A stretch of DNA of 42,013 nucleotides from Candidatus Hydrogenedentota bacterium (GTDB taxonomy: Bacteria; Hydrogenedentota; Hydrogenedentia; Hydrogenedentales; JAEUWI01), in contig JAXMOL010000063.1 of assembly GCA_034669905.1 (NCBI GenBank), positions 1 to 42,013 on the forward strand, written 5' to 3'. Each line of letters begins with the position of its first letter. Position 1 is the stretch's first letter. Of this stretch, positions 19,432-28,986 are shown in pieces. The position numbers and the translations under genes are program-made. Below the pieces are notes generated by a model. It was not told the origin of the DNA and searched no databases. It was given only the letters and a program-made list of their open reading frames with translations.

Positions 19432-20739
19432 TCACCAATACCGTGCCGCGCCCCGATAGAGGCGTTGCAGTTCACCTTGGTCCACCGGCACCGGTGAGTT
19501 CGCCAGCAATCGCTGCTGGGCGAAGGCCCCTTCGGCCAAACCCGGAATATCGGCCTCTCCATAGCCCAGGGCCCCAATGCCGTTGGGCATATCGGTGGCG
19601 CGCATCATGGCGATAATCGTCTCCGCCAATACCTCCCCCGCCTCGTCTTCCCTCGCATTGCCCACCGCACCCCCAAGCAAGGACGCCGCCTCGAGATGCC
19701 GCCCGGGCGACGAGGACGCCGTGAAGCGAAACACGGAGGGCACATCCACTATCACCGAAATCCCGTGGGGACAGATTGCTTCGCCCTGGGGGTAGCCTGC
19801 AGGACAGTAGTCGCGAATCATACCGGCCACGGAGTAGGCCATGCCGTGGGGCAGGTGAACCCCCGAGTTGCCAAAGGCGATGCCGGCCAAGGTGGCTGCC
19901 CACATCATGCCGTGGCGGGCTTCCCTATCGGCGGCGTCCGTCACGGCCCGCACGAGGTACTTCCCCGTGTAACGCAGGGCCTCGCGGCAGCCCATATCGC
20001 TCCAGGGATTGGCCCCCTGACTCATGGGACGCACGGCGGGGTTCTCCGGCGCGGGACGTTGGGTGTAGGGCCGTGCCGTGTAAGATTCCAGCGCGTGACT
20101 GAGCACGTCAAATCCGCTGGCAGCCACCACGTTGGCGGGTAGCGTCGCCGTCACTTCCGGGTCAATGAGGGCGAGGGTCGGCCGTAAGGCCCGGGAGGCG
20201 ATGCCCGTCTTCACGTGGCGTTCCACCAGGTCGAAGATGGCCATGCCCGTACATTCACTGCCCGTGCCCGACGTGGTGGGACAGGCAATATGGGGCTTGA
20301 GGGGACCTGGCACCGCCACGCCATCACCGATGGGCGCGTTCACATAGGTGAGAAATTCGGCGGGATAGGTGGCATAGAGATTGGCCGCTTTGCAGGTGTC
20401 GATGACCGACCCGCCCCCCACCGAGACATAGCCATCGAAATTTCCCTCACGGGCGAATCGGGCCGCCTCTTTGAAGGAGCCGTCGGTGGGCTCCACCCGC
20501 ACTTCGTCGTAGATCACCACGTCCACACCGGCCGCACGGAGCGCCGCAAACACCGTCGCCACCGCCTCGAGTTGGGCCACGGCCTTGTCGGTAAACAGGG
20601 CGACCCGTTTCAAGCCAAGCTGCTGCGCATCGTGTCCAACTTCCGCCAGGGCGCCCACACCAAAACGAATGGCACTGGGGTCCACGGAAAAGACATGTTC
20701 GTTCCCCGTGATGAGGTCATAGTGGTGGCAGCAGGACAT
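19432..20739 (-). CDS. Hydroxyacid-oxoacid transhydrogenase (iron-containing ADH family, ADHFE1-like)
   Basis: [53 protein letters not shown]; start MSCCHHY. Confidence 0.9.
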   Translation of the reverse strand: MSCCHHYDLITGNEHVFSVDPSAIRFGVGALAEVGHDAQQLGLKRVALFTDKAVAQLEAVATVFAALRAAGVDVVIYDEVRVEPTDGSFKEAARFAREGNFDGYVSVGGGSVIDTCKAANLYATYPAEFLTYVNAPIGDGVAVPGPLKPHIACPTTSGTGSECTGMAIFDLVERHVKTGIASRALRPTLALIDPEVTATLPANVVAASGFDVLSHALESYTARPYTQRPAPENPAVRPMSQGANPWSDMGCREALRYTGKYLVRAVTDAADREARHGMMWAATLAGIAFGNSGVHLPHGMAYSVAGMIRDYCPAGYPQGEAICPHGISVIVDVPSVFRFTASSSPGRHLEAASLLGGAVGNAREDEAGEVLAETIIAMMRATDMPNGIGALGYGEADIPGLAEGAFAQQRLLANSPVPVDQGELQRLYRGAARYW

Positions 20740-20826
20740 GGCAAGGGGTCTCCCGACGTTGGTGTGCGCAACCGTGAGCACCCATTGTAGCGTCCCAACG
20801 GCGGGGGTGCCACCGTGATACGATAA

Positions 20827-21126
20827 CGTGCCGCGCGATCCCGAGCTACGCGAGGTTTCGTGTGCATGGAGCAAGGTCAGCACACAACCATCGTAAACGA
20901 CTTCACGCGGGCGTCCCACTACCCCGTCGCATCAGCCCCTCAACCTTAAGCACGGCCACGCCCTGGAGTGCGTAAGCTTGCTTACGCTCTTACTAAGCAA
21001 GCTTGCTTGCGAACCCACACCGGTCAACGTCACACCGTAAAGAACTACGACACGTTACACGTGCCGGGAGCAAGCTCCCTTCGTGAAAGCAGCAGCAAGC
21101 TGCTGCACTCCAAAGATTATTCCCGT
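20827..21126 (+). repeat. Repeat family D, third copy
   Basis: Same orientation and core as 19118-19420. Confidence 0.9.
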
Positions 21127-21282
21127 CCCACCCGAACCCGACCGGCGGTCACGTGGGATCGGGTGGCACCATAAACTGCTGTGATTCATTTCTTGCTCTT
21201 CAACTGTCCATGAGCCAAAAAAACGGGACCCATGGGTCGCATACGTCCCATGGGTCCCATCACGCATTCATCGTGGTGGTGT

Positions 21283-23025
21283 CTAGAAGGCTTCCCCATC
21301 GCGGTGGAGGTCGGCCAACGCAGCCAACTCGTCTTTGTCGATCTTGGGAAACAGCACCTCGGGCTTATTCAACGGTGCACCGGAAGGCAAAAGGGCCTTA
21401 CCCGCATTCCAACCATCTTCCCCACCGTCCGGGCCGCCCTGGGCCAAGGTCACGTGGAGGATGCCCGCGAGCTTATTCGCCCCATCGGGCATGAAGGGTG
21501 CCATGGCATGACACAGCGCGTGGACCACCTGACAACACACGTAGAGCGTCGTACCGGTCCGCGCAATATCCGTCTTGCGCGTAGTCCAAGGCGCCTTGCC
21601 GTCGAAATAGACGTTGGCCTTGCGCCCGAGGTCAATAAAGCGCTCCAGGGCCTGCCGAAAACGGAAGGCTTCCAGGGATTCCGCGATGGCATCGAGTCCG
21701 GCGGGAATCGCCTCCAGCATGGCCGTGTCTTCTTCGTCCAACACGCCCGCCGGCGGCACCTGGCCATCAAAGTTCTTCACGGTCATGGTAAGCGAGCGGT
21801 GACAGAAGTTGCCCACCACGTCGCACAGCTCACCGTTGTAGCGCTGCATGAATTCGTCCCAATCGAAATCGGCGTCCTTCGATTCGGGGGCATTGGCGCA
21901 GAGATAATAACGCAATACGTCGGGGCTGAAATGCTCCAGGGCCCACTTGACCGAAATCATGTTCCCCTTCGACTTCGAGCCCTTTTCCGACTTGCCCGTC
22001 TGGCGGTTCACGATGTTGAGGTATTCGTTGCCCACCACGTTGTCGGCCAGCACATAATCGCCCTGTCCCTGCAACATGGCCGGGAAAATCACGGCGTGAA
22101 AGGGCACGTTGTCTTTGCCGATGAAATGGACCAGACGGGTATCTTCTTGCTTCCACCACCCTTCCCAGGCCGTTTCATCGCCGAGGGTGTCGATACCCCA
22201 TTGACGCGTGTTGGTCACATAACCGATGGGCGCATCGAACCACACGTAAATTTTCTTGCCCTTCGCTTCGGGCACGTCGAGGGGAATAGGTACCCCCCAA
22301 TCGGTGTCGCGGGTAATGCAACGGGACCGGAGATCGTCCACCCAGCTGTAGGCAATGCCCTTCACGTTGGCGCGCCACTCGGGGTGGGTATCGAGCCAGG
22401 TCTTGAGCCCTTCCTGGAATTTCGGCAGGTCGAGGAACCAGTGGCGAGACATCTTCAAGATAGGCGACGAGTTGTCCCCGGGGATATTGGCCACGGGATT
22501 TACCAGATCCTGGGGGGCATACTGGGCCCCGCAGCTCTCGCACTCATCGCCATTGGCCCCATCGGCACCACACTTGGGACACGTGCCGGTCACATAGCGA
22601 TCGGGAAGAAAACGGTCGGAGGTCTCGGAATACCAGAGCTCCATGTCTTCCTGGTGGATGTAGCCATCTTCATAGAGCTTGGTAAAAAACTGTTGGGTCG
22701 TGTCGTTGTGCAGTTCCCACGAGGTACGGCCATAGATATCGTAGGAGATACCCAGGCGCTCAAAGGCGTCTTTGTTGGCCGTGTGATACCGGTCGATGAC
22801 GTCCTGGGGGCTGATGCCCTCTTTCAGGGCGCTGAGCGTAATGGGCACGCCGTACTCGTCGGAGCCCCCAATGTAGAGCACCGCCTCGCCCCGCTGGCGT
22901 TTGTACCGCACGTAGACATCGGCCGGCAGATAGGCCCCGGCGATGTGGCCCAGGTGAATGTGGCCATTGGCGTAGGGCAGCGCGCTCGTAACGAGGGTTC
23001 GCTTGAAGGAGACGTTGGTAGACAT
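21283..23025 (-). CDS. metG: Methionyl-tRNA synthetase (short form, no C-terminal tRNA-binding domain)
   Basis: TSALPYANG.IHLGH, CPKC/CESC knuckle, ITRD..WG, YVWFDA, FIGKDN; KMSKS loop reads KGSKS. Confidence 0.95.
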   Translation of the reverse strand: MSTNVSFKRTLVTSALPYANGHIHLGHIAGAYLPADVYVRYKRQRGEAVLYIGGSDEYGVPITLSALKEGISPQDVIDRYHTANKDAFERLGISYDIYGRTSWELHNDTTQQFFTKLYEDGYIHQEDMELWYSETSDRFLPDRYVTGTCPKCGADGANGDECESCGAQYAPQDLVNPVANIPGDNSSPILKMSRHWFLDLPKFQEGLKTWLDTHPEWRANVKGIAYSWVDDLRSRCITRDTDWGVPIPLDVPEAKGKKIYVWFDAPIGYVTNTRQWGIDTLGDETAWEGWWKQEDTRLVHFIGKDNVPFHAVIFPAMLQGQGDYVLADNVVGNEYLNIVNRQTGKSEKGSKSKGNMISVKWALEHFSPDVLRYYLCANAPESKDADFDWDEFMQRYNGELCDVVGNFCHRSLTMTVKNFDGQVPPAGVLDEEDTAMLEAIPAGLDAIAESLEAFRFRQALERFIDLGRKANVYFDGKAPWTTRKTDIARTGTTLYVCCQVVHALCHAMAPFMPDGANKLAGILHVTLAQGGPDGGEDGWNAGKALLPSGAPLNKPEVLFPKIDKDELAALADLHRDGEAF

Positions 23026-23229
23026 GGTGCAGCAGACCTGTGATGGTGGTTAAGGGTATACGAATCGGAAAGGGGCCTATTTTACCTGACAGCCCCCCGC
23101 CGGATCACGGTGCCATGCGCATCGAAGGTCCGGATGGCCCCGAGATTTGCATACCATGGTCTATAATACGGGAAAACACCGTGCATAGCGGGCGGCAAAC
23201 ACCATCGAAGTTTCCCGGGAGATGCCTTT

Positions 23230-23415
23230 ATGGGTAGCACATTACCAGAAGGACTCGAAGCGTTTCTGAAAGCGCAAAAAGAGTACGAGGCGGAGAAGCT
23301 GAAGCAGCTTCGGCAGGACATCGCTCTCGGTGAATCCCAACTGGACCGGGGTGAAGGCCTCCCCTTCGATGTGAACCAGATCGGGGCGATGGGCCGCGAG
23401 CGTCAGAAGTCGTGA
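23230..23415 (+). CDS. ParD-like antitoxin, apparently lacking part of its DNA-binding region
   Basis: LPEGLEAFL..Q and KL..LR.DI..G..QLDRGEG..FD segments of ParD family; GTGA overlap with the toxin. Confidence 0.65.
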   Translation: MGSTLPEGLEAFLKAQKEYEAEKLKQLRQDIALGESQLDRGEGLPFDVNQIGAMGRERQKS

Positions 23416-23708
23416 CTCGGCAGGTTGAGATTTCTCCAGCAGCACAACATGACTTGGCAGACATCTGGGCGTATGTTTCCGAAGAGGATGAGGACACGGC
23501 GACGCGGCTCAATTAATCCTTCTACCAAAAGTGTCTGGTGCTGGCTGAGATGCCAGGCTTGGGCCGTGATCGAAGCCATGATATTGGAAAAGGCGTACGC
23601 AGTCTTCCCATCAGGAAATACGTACTTTTCTATCGGGTGACGGACGACACCCTTTCCCTCATTCGAGTCCGGCACGGCGCACGAGATTCCCCATTCCCCT
23701 TGGAATAA
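23412..23708 (+). pseudogene. ParE/RelE-family toxin with an internal stop codon
   Basis: MTRQVEISPAAQHDLADIWAYVSEEDEDTATRLN*SFYQKCLVLAEMPGLGRDRSHDIGKGVRSLPIRKYVLFYRVTDDTLSLIRVRHGARD; TAA at 23514. Confidence 0.88.
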
Positions 23709-23725
23709 CGCCCCGCCCTATGCAG

Positions 23726-23754
23726 AAGGCCCCCGGATCCTTCCAGGGGCCTTT
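23726..23754. terminator. Hairpin between convergent genes, probable terminator
   Basis: AAGGCCCC.GGA...TCC.GGGGCCTTT. Confidence 0.6.
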
Positions 23755-23802
23755 GCTATGAATGATACTTCAGGGGGTGGTATGTACTATAAAGTCCGGA
23801 AC

Positions 23803-24435
23803 CTATCCCCGCTCGGGGTACAGCCGGTCCTGCTCACTATGAAAGAGCATGGCCGCCTGCTGGCGTTTTTCGTTGCGGTAAACACTGCTGATATCGCCCA
23901 CGCGGATGGTGGCCATCCCGTCGAGGTCGCCTTCCATCGTGATGAGTTCAATCTGCACGTAGCCATTCAGCAGGGAGCGGACAAAACCGGAGACATGGCG
24001 AAAGTCACGGGGGGTCGTAATCTTGCAGTTGACGATTTCGTTGCGCCCCAGGGCCCGCTCCAGTTCGATCGATATGCAGTCGGAAACTTCGGGCTCGAAG
24101 GATTCTTCATCTTCTTCGCCTTCGGCTTCGACTTCCACGTGCTCCTGCAGCAATTCGATACGCCGGAGCAGTCGGGTATCGGTGGCGATTTCCACCACAT
24201 CGCGCATCAGGAAGGTATTGTTGCCGTCGTGCTCCCCCGTGTAGCGGAGCTCTTCCATGGTGCAGGTATCGGCACCGACCGACCGCACATAGCCGACGAT
24301 GAACTCATCGAGGTTGTGGGGGTTGGCATAGACCTGGACCAGGGCACGGGCCTCTTGGGCGCGCACCAGCAGCAGTCGAAAGGTATCGTTCTTATTCGCG
24401 TTACCGAGAATTTCCCGGAGTAAGTCTTCACTCAT
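23803..24435 (-). CDS. Hypothetical protein with two internal repeats of a small beta-rich domain
   Basis: IVGYVRSV...GEHDG...MRDV versus VSGFVRSL...GDLDG...VGDI; GGAGG RBS. Confidence 0.7.
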   Translation of the reverse strand: MSEDLLREILGNANKNDTFRLLLVRAQEARALVQVYANPHNLDEFIVGYVRSVGADTCTMEELRYTGEHDGNNTFLMRDVVEIATDTRLLRRIELLQEHVEVEAEGEEDEESFEPEVSDCISIELERALGRNEIVNCKITTPRDFRHVSGFVRSLLNGYVQIELITMEGDLDGMATIRVGDISSVYRNEKRQQAAMLFHSEQDRLYPERG

Positions 24436-24745
24436 CGTTATGCCTCCTTGCGTTCGTTCTAACACCATCCATCGGTTTGAAACGGTTGGAACTGCGCGAC
24501 AGAAGTAAAGCGTGAGAAGCTTCTGCGCATCCGGGAACGGTCATCATGGGATGACCTGACTGCGCCATCGGACAAACGGATTGTACCCGCTCCCCCTCGG
24601 AAAAGTCCAAGAAAATGGACGGAAATTTCTTGAAATTGGCCTCGTAAGCCCAATATTTACAGTAGGTTCACACGGCTGTCAACTTTTCGTCACATGGCTT
24701 GCGCACTTTCCCCGGCCCTGTCAACAATGGGTACCCATCGCACGA

Positions 24746-26134
24746 CTACGATGGGCCGATCATCTTGCTCGGGTCTACCGCCTTATCAAATTCTTCTTCA
24801 TTCAGAAAACCCAGGTTGAGGGCTTCCTGTTTGAGGGTCGTGCCGTTGGCATGGGCCGTCTTGGCAATTTTGGCCGCGTTGTCATAGCCAATGTGGCGAT
24901 TCAGGGCCGTCACCAGCATGAGGGAGTTATTCAGGTGGTTCTGGATGTTCTGGCGGTTGGGCTCAATGCCGACAAAACAGTTTTCGCGGAAGGAATCGGC
25001 CGCATCGGCCAGGAGCCGTACCGACTGGAGCACGTTGTGAATAATCACCGGCTTGAAGACGTTGAGTTCGAAATTGCCCGCCGAGCCGGCCACGTTCACC
25101 GCCGCATCGTTGCCGATGACCTGGGCCGCCACCATGGTGATGGCTTCGCACTGGGTGGGGTTCACCTTGCCGGGCATGATGGAGGAACCGGGTTCGTTTT
25201 CAGGCAACATGATTTCGCCGATGCCGCACCGGGGACCACTGCCCAACCAACGCACATCATTGCCGATCTTCATGAAGCTGCATGCGATGGTCTTGAGCGC
25301 GCCGTGGGTCATGACCATGGCATCGTGGGCCGCAAGGGCCTCAAACTTATTGGGGGCGGTAACGAAGGGCAGGCCGGTCAATGCGGCGATCTGGGCCGCC
25401 ACCTTCTCGTCATAGCCCTTTTTTGTATTCAATCCCGTGCCGACCGCCGTGCCACCGAGGGCCAGTTCGGCCAACATGGGCAGGGTCTGATTCACCCGGG
25501 CCACGCCGTTGGCCACCTGCTGGGCGTAGCCGGAAAACTCCTGGCCCAGCGTGAGGGGCGTGGCATCCATCAGGTGGGTGCGGCCAATCTTGATGATATC
25601 CGCAAAAGCCTCTGACTTCGCCGCGATCACTTCCTGGAGGTCCTGCAGGGCGGGAATGAGCCGATTCTGAATCTGCTCCACCGCCGCGATGCTCATGGCC
25701 GTGGGGAAGGTATCGTTGGAGGACTGAGACATGTTGACATGATCATTGGGGTGGACCGGGCTCTTACTGCCCAGTTCGCCGCCCATGATTTCAATGGCCC
25801 GGTTGGCAATGACCTCGTTGCTGTTCATATTGGTCTGGGTGCCACTGCCCGTCTGCCACACCACCAGGGGGAAATGGTCGTCGAGCTTGCCTTCGATCAC
25901 CTCATCGGCCGCCTGGCAGATGGCCTCGCAAAGCTCGTCGGGCAGGAGTCCCAACTCATTGTTGGTCAGGGCGGCCGCCTTCTTGAGGATGCCCAGGGCC
26001 CGAATCAACTCCCGGGGCATGGTTTCCGTACCAATTTTGAAGTTTACAATCGAGCGGGCCGTCTGGCAACCGTAGTAGCGGTCTACCGGGACCTTCATCT
26101 CGCCCATGGTGTCTTTTTCGATACGGAATTCCAT
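24746..26134 (-). CDS. fumC: Class II fumarate hydratase
   Basis: [33 protein letters not shown] signature. Confidence 0.97.
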   Translation of the reverse strand: MEFRIEKDTMGEMKVPVDRYYGCQTARSIVNFKIGTETMPRELIRALGILKKAAALTNNELGLLPDELCEAICQAADEVIEGKLDDHFPLVVWQTGSGTQTNMNSNEVIANRAIEIMGGELGSKSPVHPNDHVNMSQSSNDTFPTAMSIAAVEQIQNRLIPALQDLQEVIAAKSEAFADIIKIGRTHLMDATPLTLGQEFSGYAQQVANGVARVNQTLPMLAELALGGTAVGTGLNTKKGYDEKVAAQIAALTGLPFVTAPNKFEALAAHDAMVMTHGALKTIACSFMKIGNDVRWLGSGPRCGIGEIMLPENEPGSSIMPGKVNPTQCEAITMVAAQVIGNDAAVNVAGSAGNFELNVFKPVIIHNVLQSVRLLADAADSFRENCFVGIEPNRQNIQNHLNNSLMLVTALNRHIGYDNAAKIAKTAHANGTTLKQEALNLGFLNEEEFDKAVDPSKMIGPS

Positions 26135-26184
26135 TGAACTTTCCTCCAGAACGTGGAAAAACGGGGTGGGTTTGCACGGCGCGT

Positions 26185-26214
26185 ATGATACGTGACGGTG
26201 GCAAAGGAGGTCAA
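26185..26214 (-). promoter_or_regulatory. Sigma70-type promoter for fumC, TTGACC-18-TATCAT
   Basis: Near-consensus boxes about 50 nt upstream of the start. Confidence 0.5.
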
Positions 26215-26225
26215 TGTGAAGGGGG

Positions 26226-26381
26226 TGTGGGACGGGTGAGACGAGTGAGACCCGTAGGACTCATCGCGTTGCCCCACGGACGATGTCTCGGGAGTCGCTG
26301 GGCACACATACACACCGCAACGATTAGAAAGCCCTTGCTTGGCCCGGTCCCACGGGTCCCACACGTCGCACCGGTCCCACA
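26226..26381. repeat. Facing arrays of 9-bp-period GGGAC / GTCCC repeats
   Basis: gtgggacgggtgagacgagtgagacccgtaggac ... gtcccacgggtcccacacgtcgcaccggtcccac. Confidence 0.75.
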
Positions 26382-26465
26382 ATGGCGGCCATCTCGCCTG
26401 AAATGGCCTTCCATTTTTTGCTAGGGTGGCTGTCATTGTTAGCAACCAAACCTTGGAGACCCAAC

Positions 26466-27359
26466 GTGAGCCGCTCACATCGCCCCATAACCCGCCGACA
26501 CTTTCTGGCCCTCAGCGCCACCACCGCCACGCTCGCCTTCCGCGCCCCGGCGCAGGAAAACCCGGCCCCCTACGTCATCCGCCAGGACTGGCACATGCAC
26601 ACATGGCGGGCGGGCGGAAAGGCCGATGCGCTGGTGGAAGACATCATCACCACCAACGCCGCCTATGGCCTCGATCTCATGGGCATCTCCGAGCACATCG
26701 ATCGCCTGGATGAGCGGGAGCCCTTTAAAGAAAAGATCGCGGCGAACCGTCGGGAAGCAGCTGCCACGCCTTCCGGCAAAATGAAGGTCATGATCGGTAC
26801 GGAAACTTCCATGATCAATCCCACGCTTTGTTCCCTGGGCGAGGAAAACGCCGCCCTGCTCGACTATCGGCTGGTCTCCTGCAACCACTACCACCTGAAG
26901 CACGTGGAAAACCCCGAGCCCAAGACCCCCGAAGGCTACGCGGGCCACTACCTCGACATGCTCTGGGGCGCGACGGAGCTGGGCTATGCCGACACCATCG
27001 GCCACCCCTTCTACCACGCGAAACTCCGGAAGTATGATTTCGACCACGACAAACTCATGGCCATCCTCAAGGCCTATGACACCACACGGCTCACGGAGGT
27101 GCTGAAGCAGGCGGCGGCGGTGAATATGGCCTTTGAGTTGAATCCCCGCCACGTGGACAACGCCCTGGAATGGTTCAAGGAATTGGTCCAGGAGGCGCGG
27201 CTCCATGGCACGAAGTTTACCCTCGGCACCGATGCCCACGACCTGGCCCATCTGGGCTATCCCGATGGCGACAGCGGCCGCACCTGCGGACAGATCCTGG
27301 CGGACCTGGGCATACGCGATGAGGACCTGAAGTGGGAACCGATTGTCTATGGTGGATAG
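26466..27359 (+). CDS. PHP-domain metal-dependent phosphoesterase, Tat-exported
   Basis: TRRHFL signal; DWHMHT, GISEH, IGHP, FELN, GTDAH; GTG start with GGAG RBS. Confidence 0.85.
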   Translation: MSRSHRPITRRHFLALSATTATLAFRAPAQENPAPYVIRQDWHMHTWRAGGKADALVEDIITTNAAYGLDLMGISEHIDRLDEREPFKEKIAANRREAAATPSGKMKVMIGTETSMINPTLCSLGEENAALLDYRLVSCNHYHLKHVENPEPKTPEGYAGHYLDMLWGATELGYADTIGHPFYHAKLRKYDFDHDKLMAILKAYDTTRLTEVLKQAAAVNMAFELNPRHVDNALEWFKELVQEARLHGTKFTLGTDAHDLAHLGYPDGDSGRTCGQILADLGIRDEDLKWEPIVYGG

Positions 27360-27618
27360 GGTGGCGGGAAGGGACCTAAACGACAACGAGGTCGAGCACC
27401 CGAATGAGCCTTAAGATGCCGCGCTGTTGCACGGGCTTTTTCGATGGCCAGTCGACATGACGGTGGGGTGTTTTTGATATGTTGCTCCTTTCCAGTCCCC
27501 TCTCTGGAGCGTGTCCTTTGAGGTCCTTTCATTTTTGCCCACCGCTCCGCCATTGTAATTTCGCCCACCGATTCCCTAAGGTAGTGCAGTCACCAACACA
27601 GCCACGAGGAATCTCACC

Positions 27619-28986
27619 ATGCGTCCTTTTGCTTTGCTTGCCCTCTTGCTCATTGCCGTCGTGCCCGCCTTCGCCCAGGGGCCGGGCATGCGCCCCAACA
27701 TCATTTTCATCATGGCCGACGATCTGGGCTACGCTGACGTGGGCTGTTACGGCCAGACACAAATTAAGACGCCCCACATCGACTCGCTGGCCGCCGAAGG
27801 GACCCGCTTCACCCAGGTCTACGCCGGCTCGAGTGTTTGCGCACCGAGTCGTTCCTCCCTCATGACCGGCATGCACAATGGCCACAACCGGCTCCGCGAC
27901 AACGTGCCCCACGGGGTTTTCCTGCGTCCCGATGATGTGACGGTCGCCGAAGTGCTTAAACAGGCCGGCTACGCCACCGCCGCCATTGGCAAGTGGAGTC
28001 TGGGTAATCCCGGCACGTGGGGCGTGGCCACGTATCAGGGCTTTGACCGCTTTTTCGGCCATCTCGACCAGGATCAGGCTCATTTTTATTACCCCGATTA
28101 CCTGTGGGACGATGAGCATATTCGCTTGTTACCGCGCAACCGTGCGGGAAAGACCGGCACCTACACCCATGACCTTTTCACCGAGGAAGCCCTGAAATTT
28201 ATCGAAGCACAGAAGGACAACCCGTTCTTTCTCTATTTGCCCTATACCATTCCCCACTGGTCGGACTATCCACGGGACACCCCCGAATCGCAGATTGTCC
28301 CCAGTGACGCCCCCTATACCGACAAGGATTGGCCCCAGACCGAGAAAAACTATGCGGCCATGGTGACGCGCATGGATCGGGATGTGGGCCGTATTGTGGC
28401 CCTGGTGAAGGAACTCGGACTCGATAGCAATACGCTGATTTTCTTTACCAGTGACAATGGCCCCTGCAAGACCGAAAGTCATGATCCCGAATTCTTCGAC
28501 AGTAACGGCGTTTTTAGTGGTTATAAGCGGGATATGGGCGAAGGAGGGCTCCGGGTACCCATGATTGCCCGTTGGCCCGGTAAGATCCCTGCCGGGAAAA
28601 CCAGTGAACAGGTATGGGCCTTCTGGGACGTGATGCCCACCCTCGCGGAAGTCGCCGGACTGCCCGCGCCCCAAGGTATTGATGGTATCTCCATGTTGCC
28701 CGCCATTCTGGGAGAGAAACAGGAAGCGCAGCACGATTATCTCTATTGGGACTATGGCCATTGTCGCGAGGTCTATCAACAGGGGCTGCGCATGGGGGAC
28801 TGGAAAGCCATTCGACTGGGCGCAGATTCCCCCCTGGCCCTCTATGACCTGAAGACCGATCCGGGGGAAACGACCGACCTGTCCGTGAAACATCCGGACA
28901 TTGTGCAGCGGATGGAGGTGCTCATGAAAGAGGCCGTGACCCCTTCTCCGGACTATCCCGTTGGCGAGTTGTACGTTCGGAAGTGA
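27619..28986 (+). CDS. Arylsulfatase
   Basis: Signal peptide; PNIIFIMADDLG, CAPSR, GKW, TSDNG, EGGLRVP. Confidence 0.93.
   Translation: MRPFALLALLLIAVVPAFAQGPGMRPNIIFIMADDLGYADVGCYGQTQIKTPHIDSLAAEGTRFTQVYAGSSVCAPSRSSLMTGMHNGHNRLRDNVPHGVFLRPDDVTVAEVLKQAGYATAAIGKWSLGNPGTWGVATYQGFDRFFGHLDQDQAHFYYPDYLWDDEHIRLLPRNRAGKTGTYTHDLFTEEALKFIEAQKDNPFFLYLPYTIPHWSDYPRDTPESQIVPSDAPYTDKDWPQTEKNYAAMVTRMDRDVGRIVALVKELGLDSNTLIFFTSDNGPCKTESHDPEFFDSNGVFSGYKRDMGEGGLRVPMIARWPGKIPAGKTSEQVWAFWDVMPTLAEVAGLPAPQGIDGISMLPAILGEKQEAQHDYLYWDYGHCREVYQQGLRMGDWKAIRLGADSPLALYDLKTDPGETTDLSVKHPDIVQRMEVLMKEAVTPSPDYPVGELYVRK

Noticed and set aside
18753..19497. Repeated short ORFs such as MRKLAYALTKQACLRTH
   Set aside because: Translations of palindromic family D repeats; no RBS and variable 3' ends.
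24598..24630. GGAAAAGTCC resembling the RNase P RNA GAGGAAAGTCC motif
   Set aside because: Imperfect match, no 3' AGAACCCGGCTTA-like partner, and too little room before fumC.
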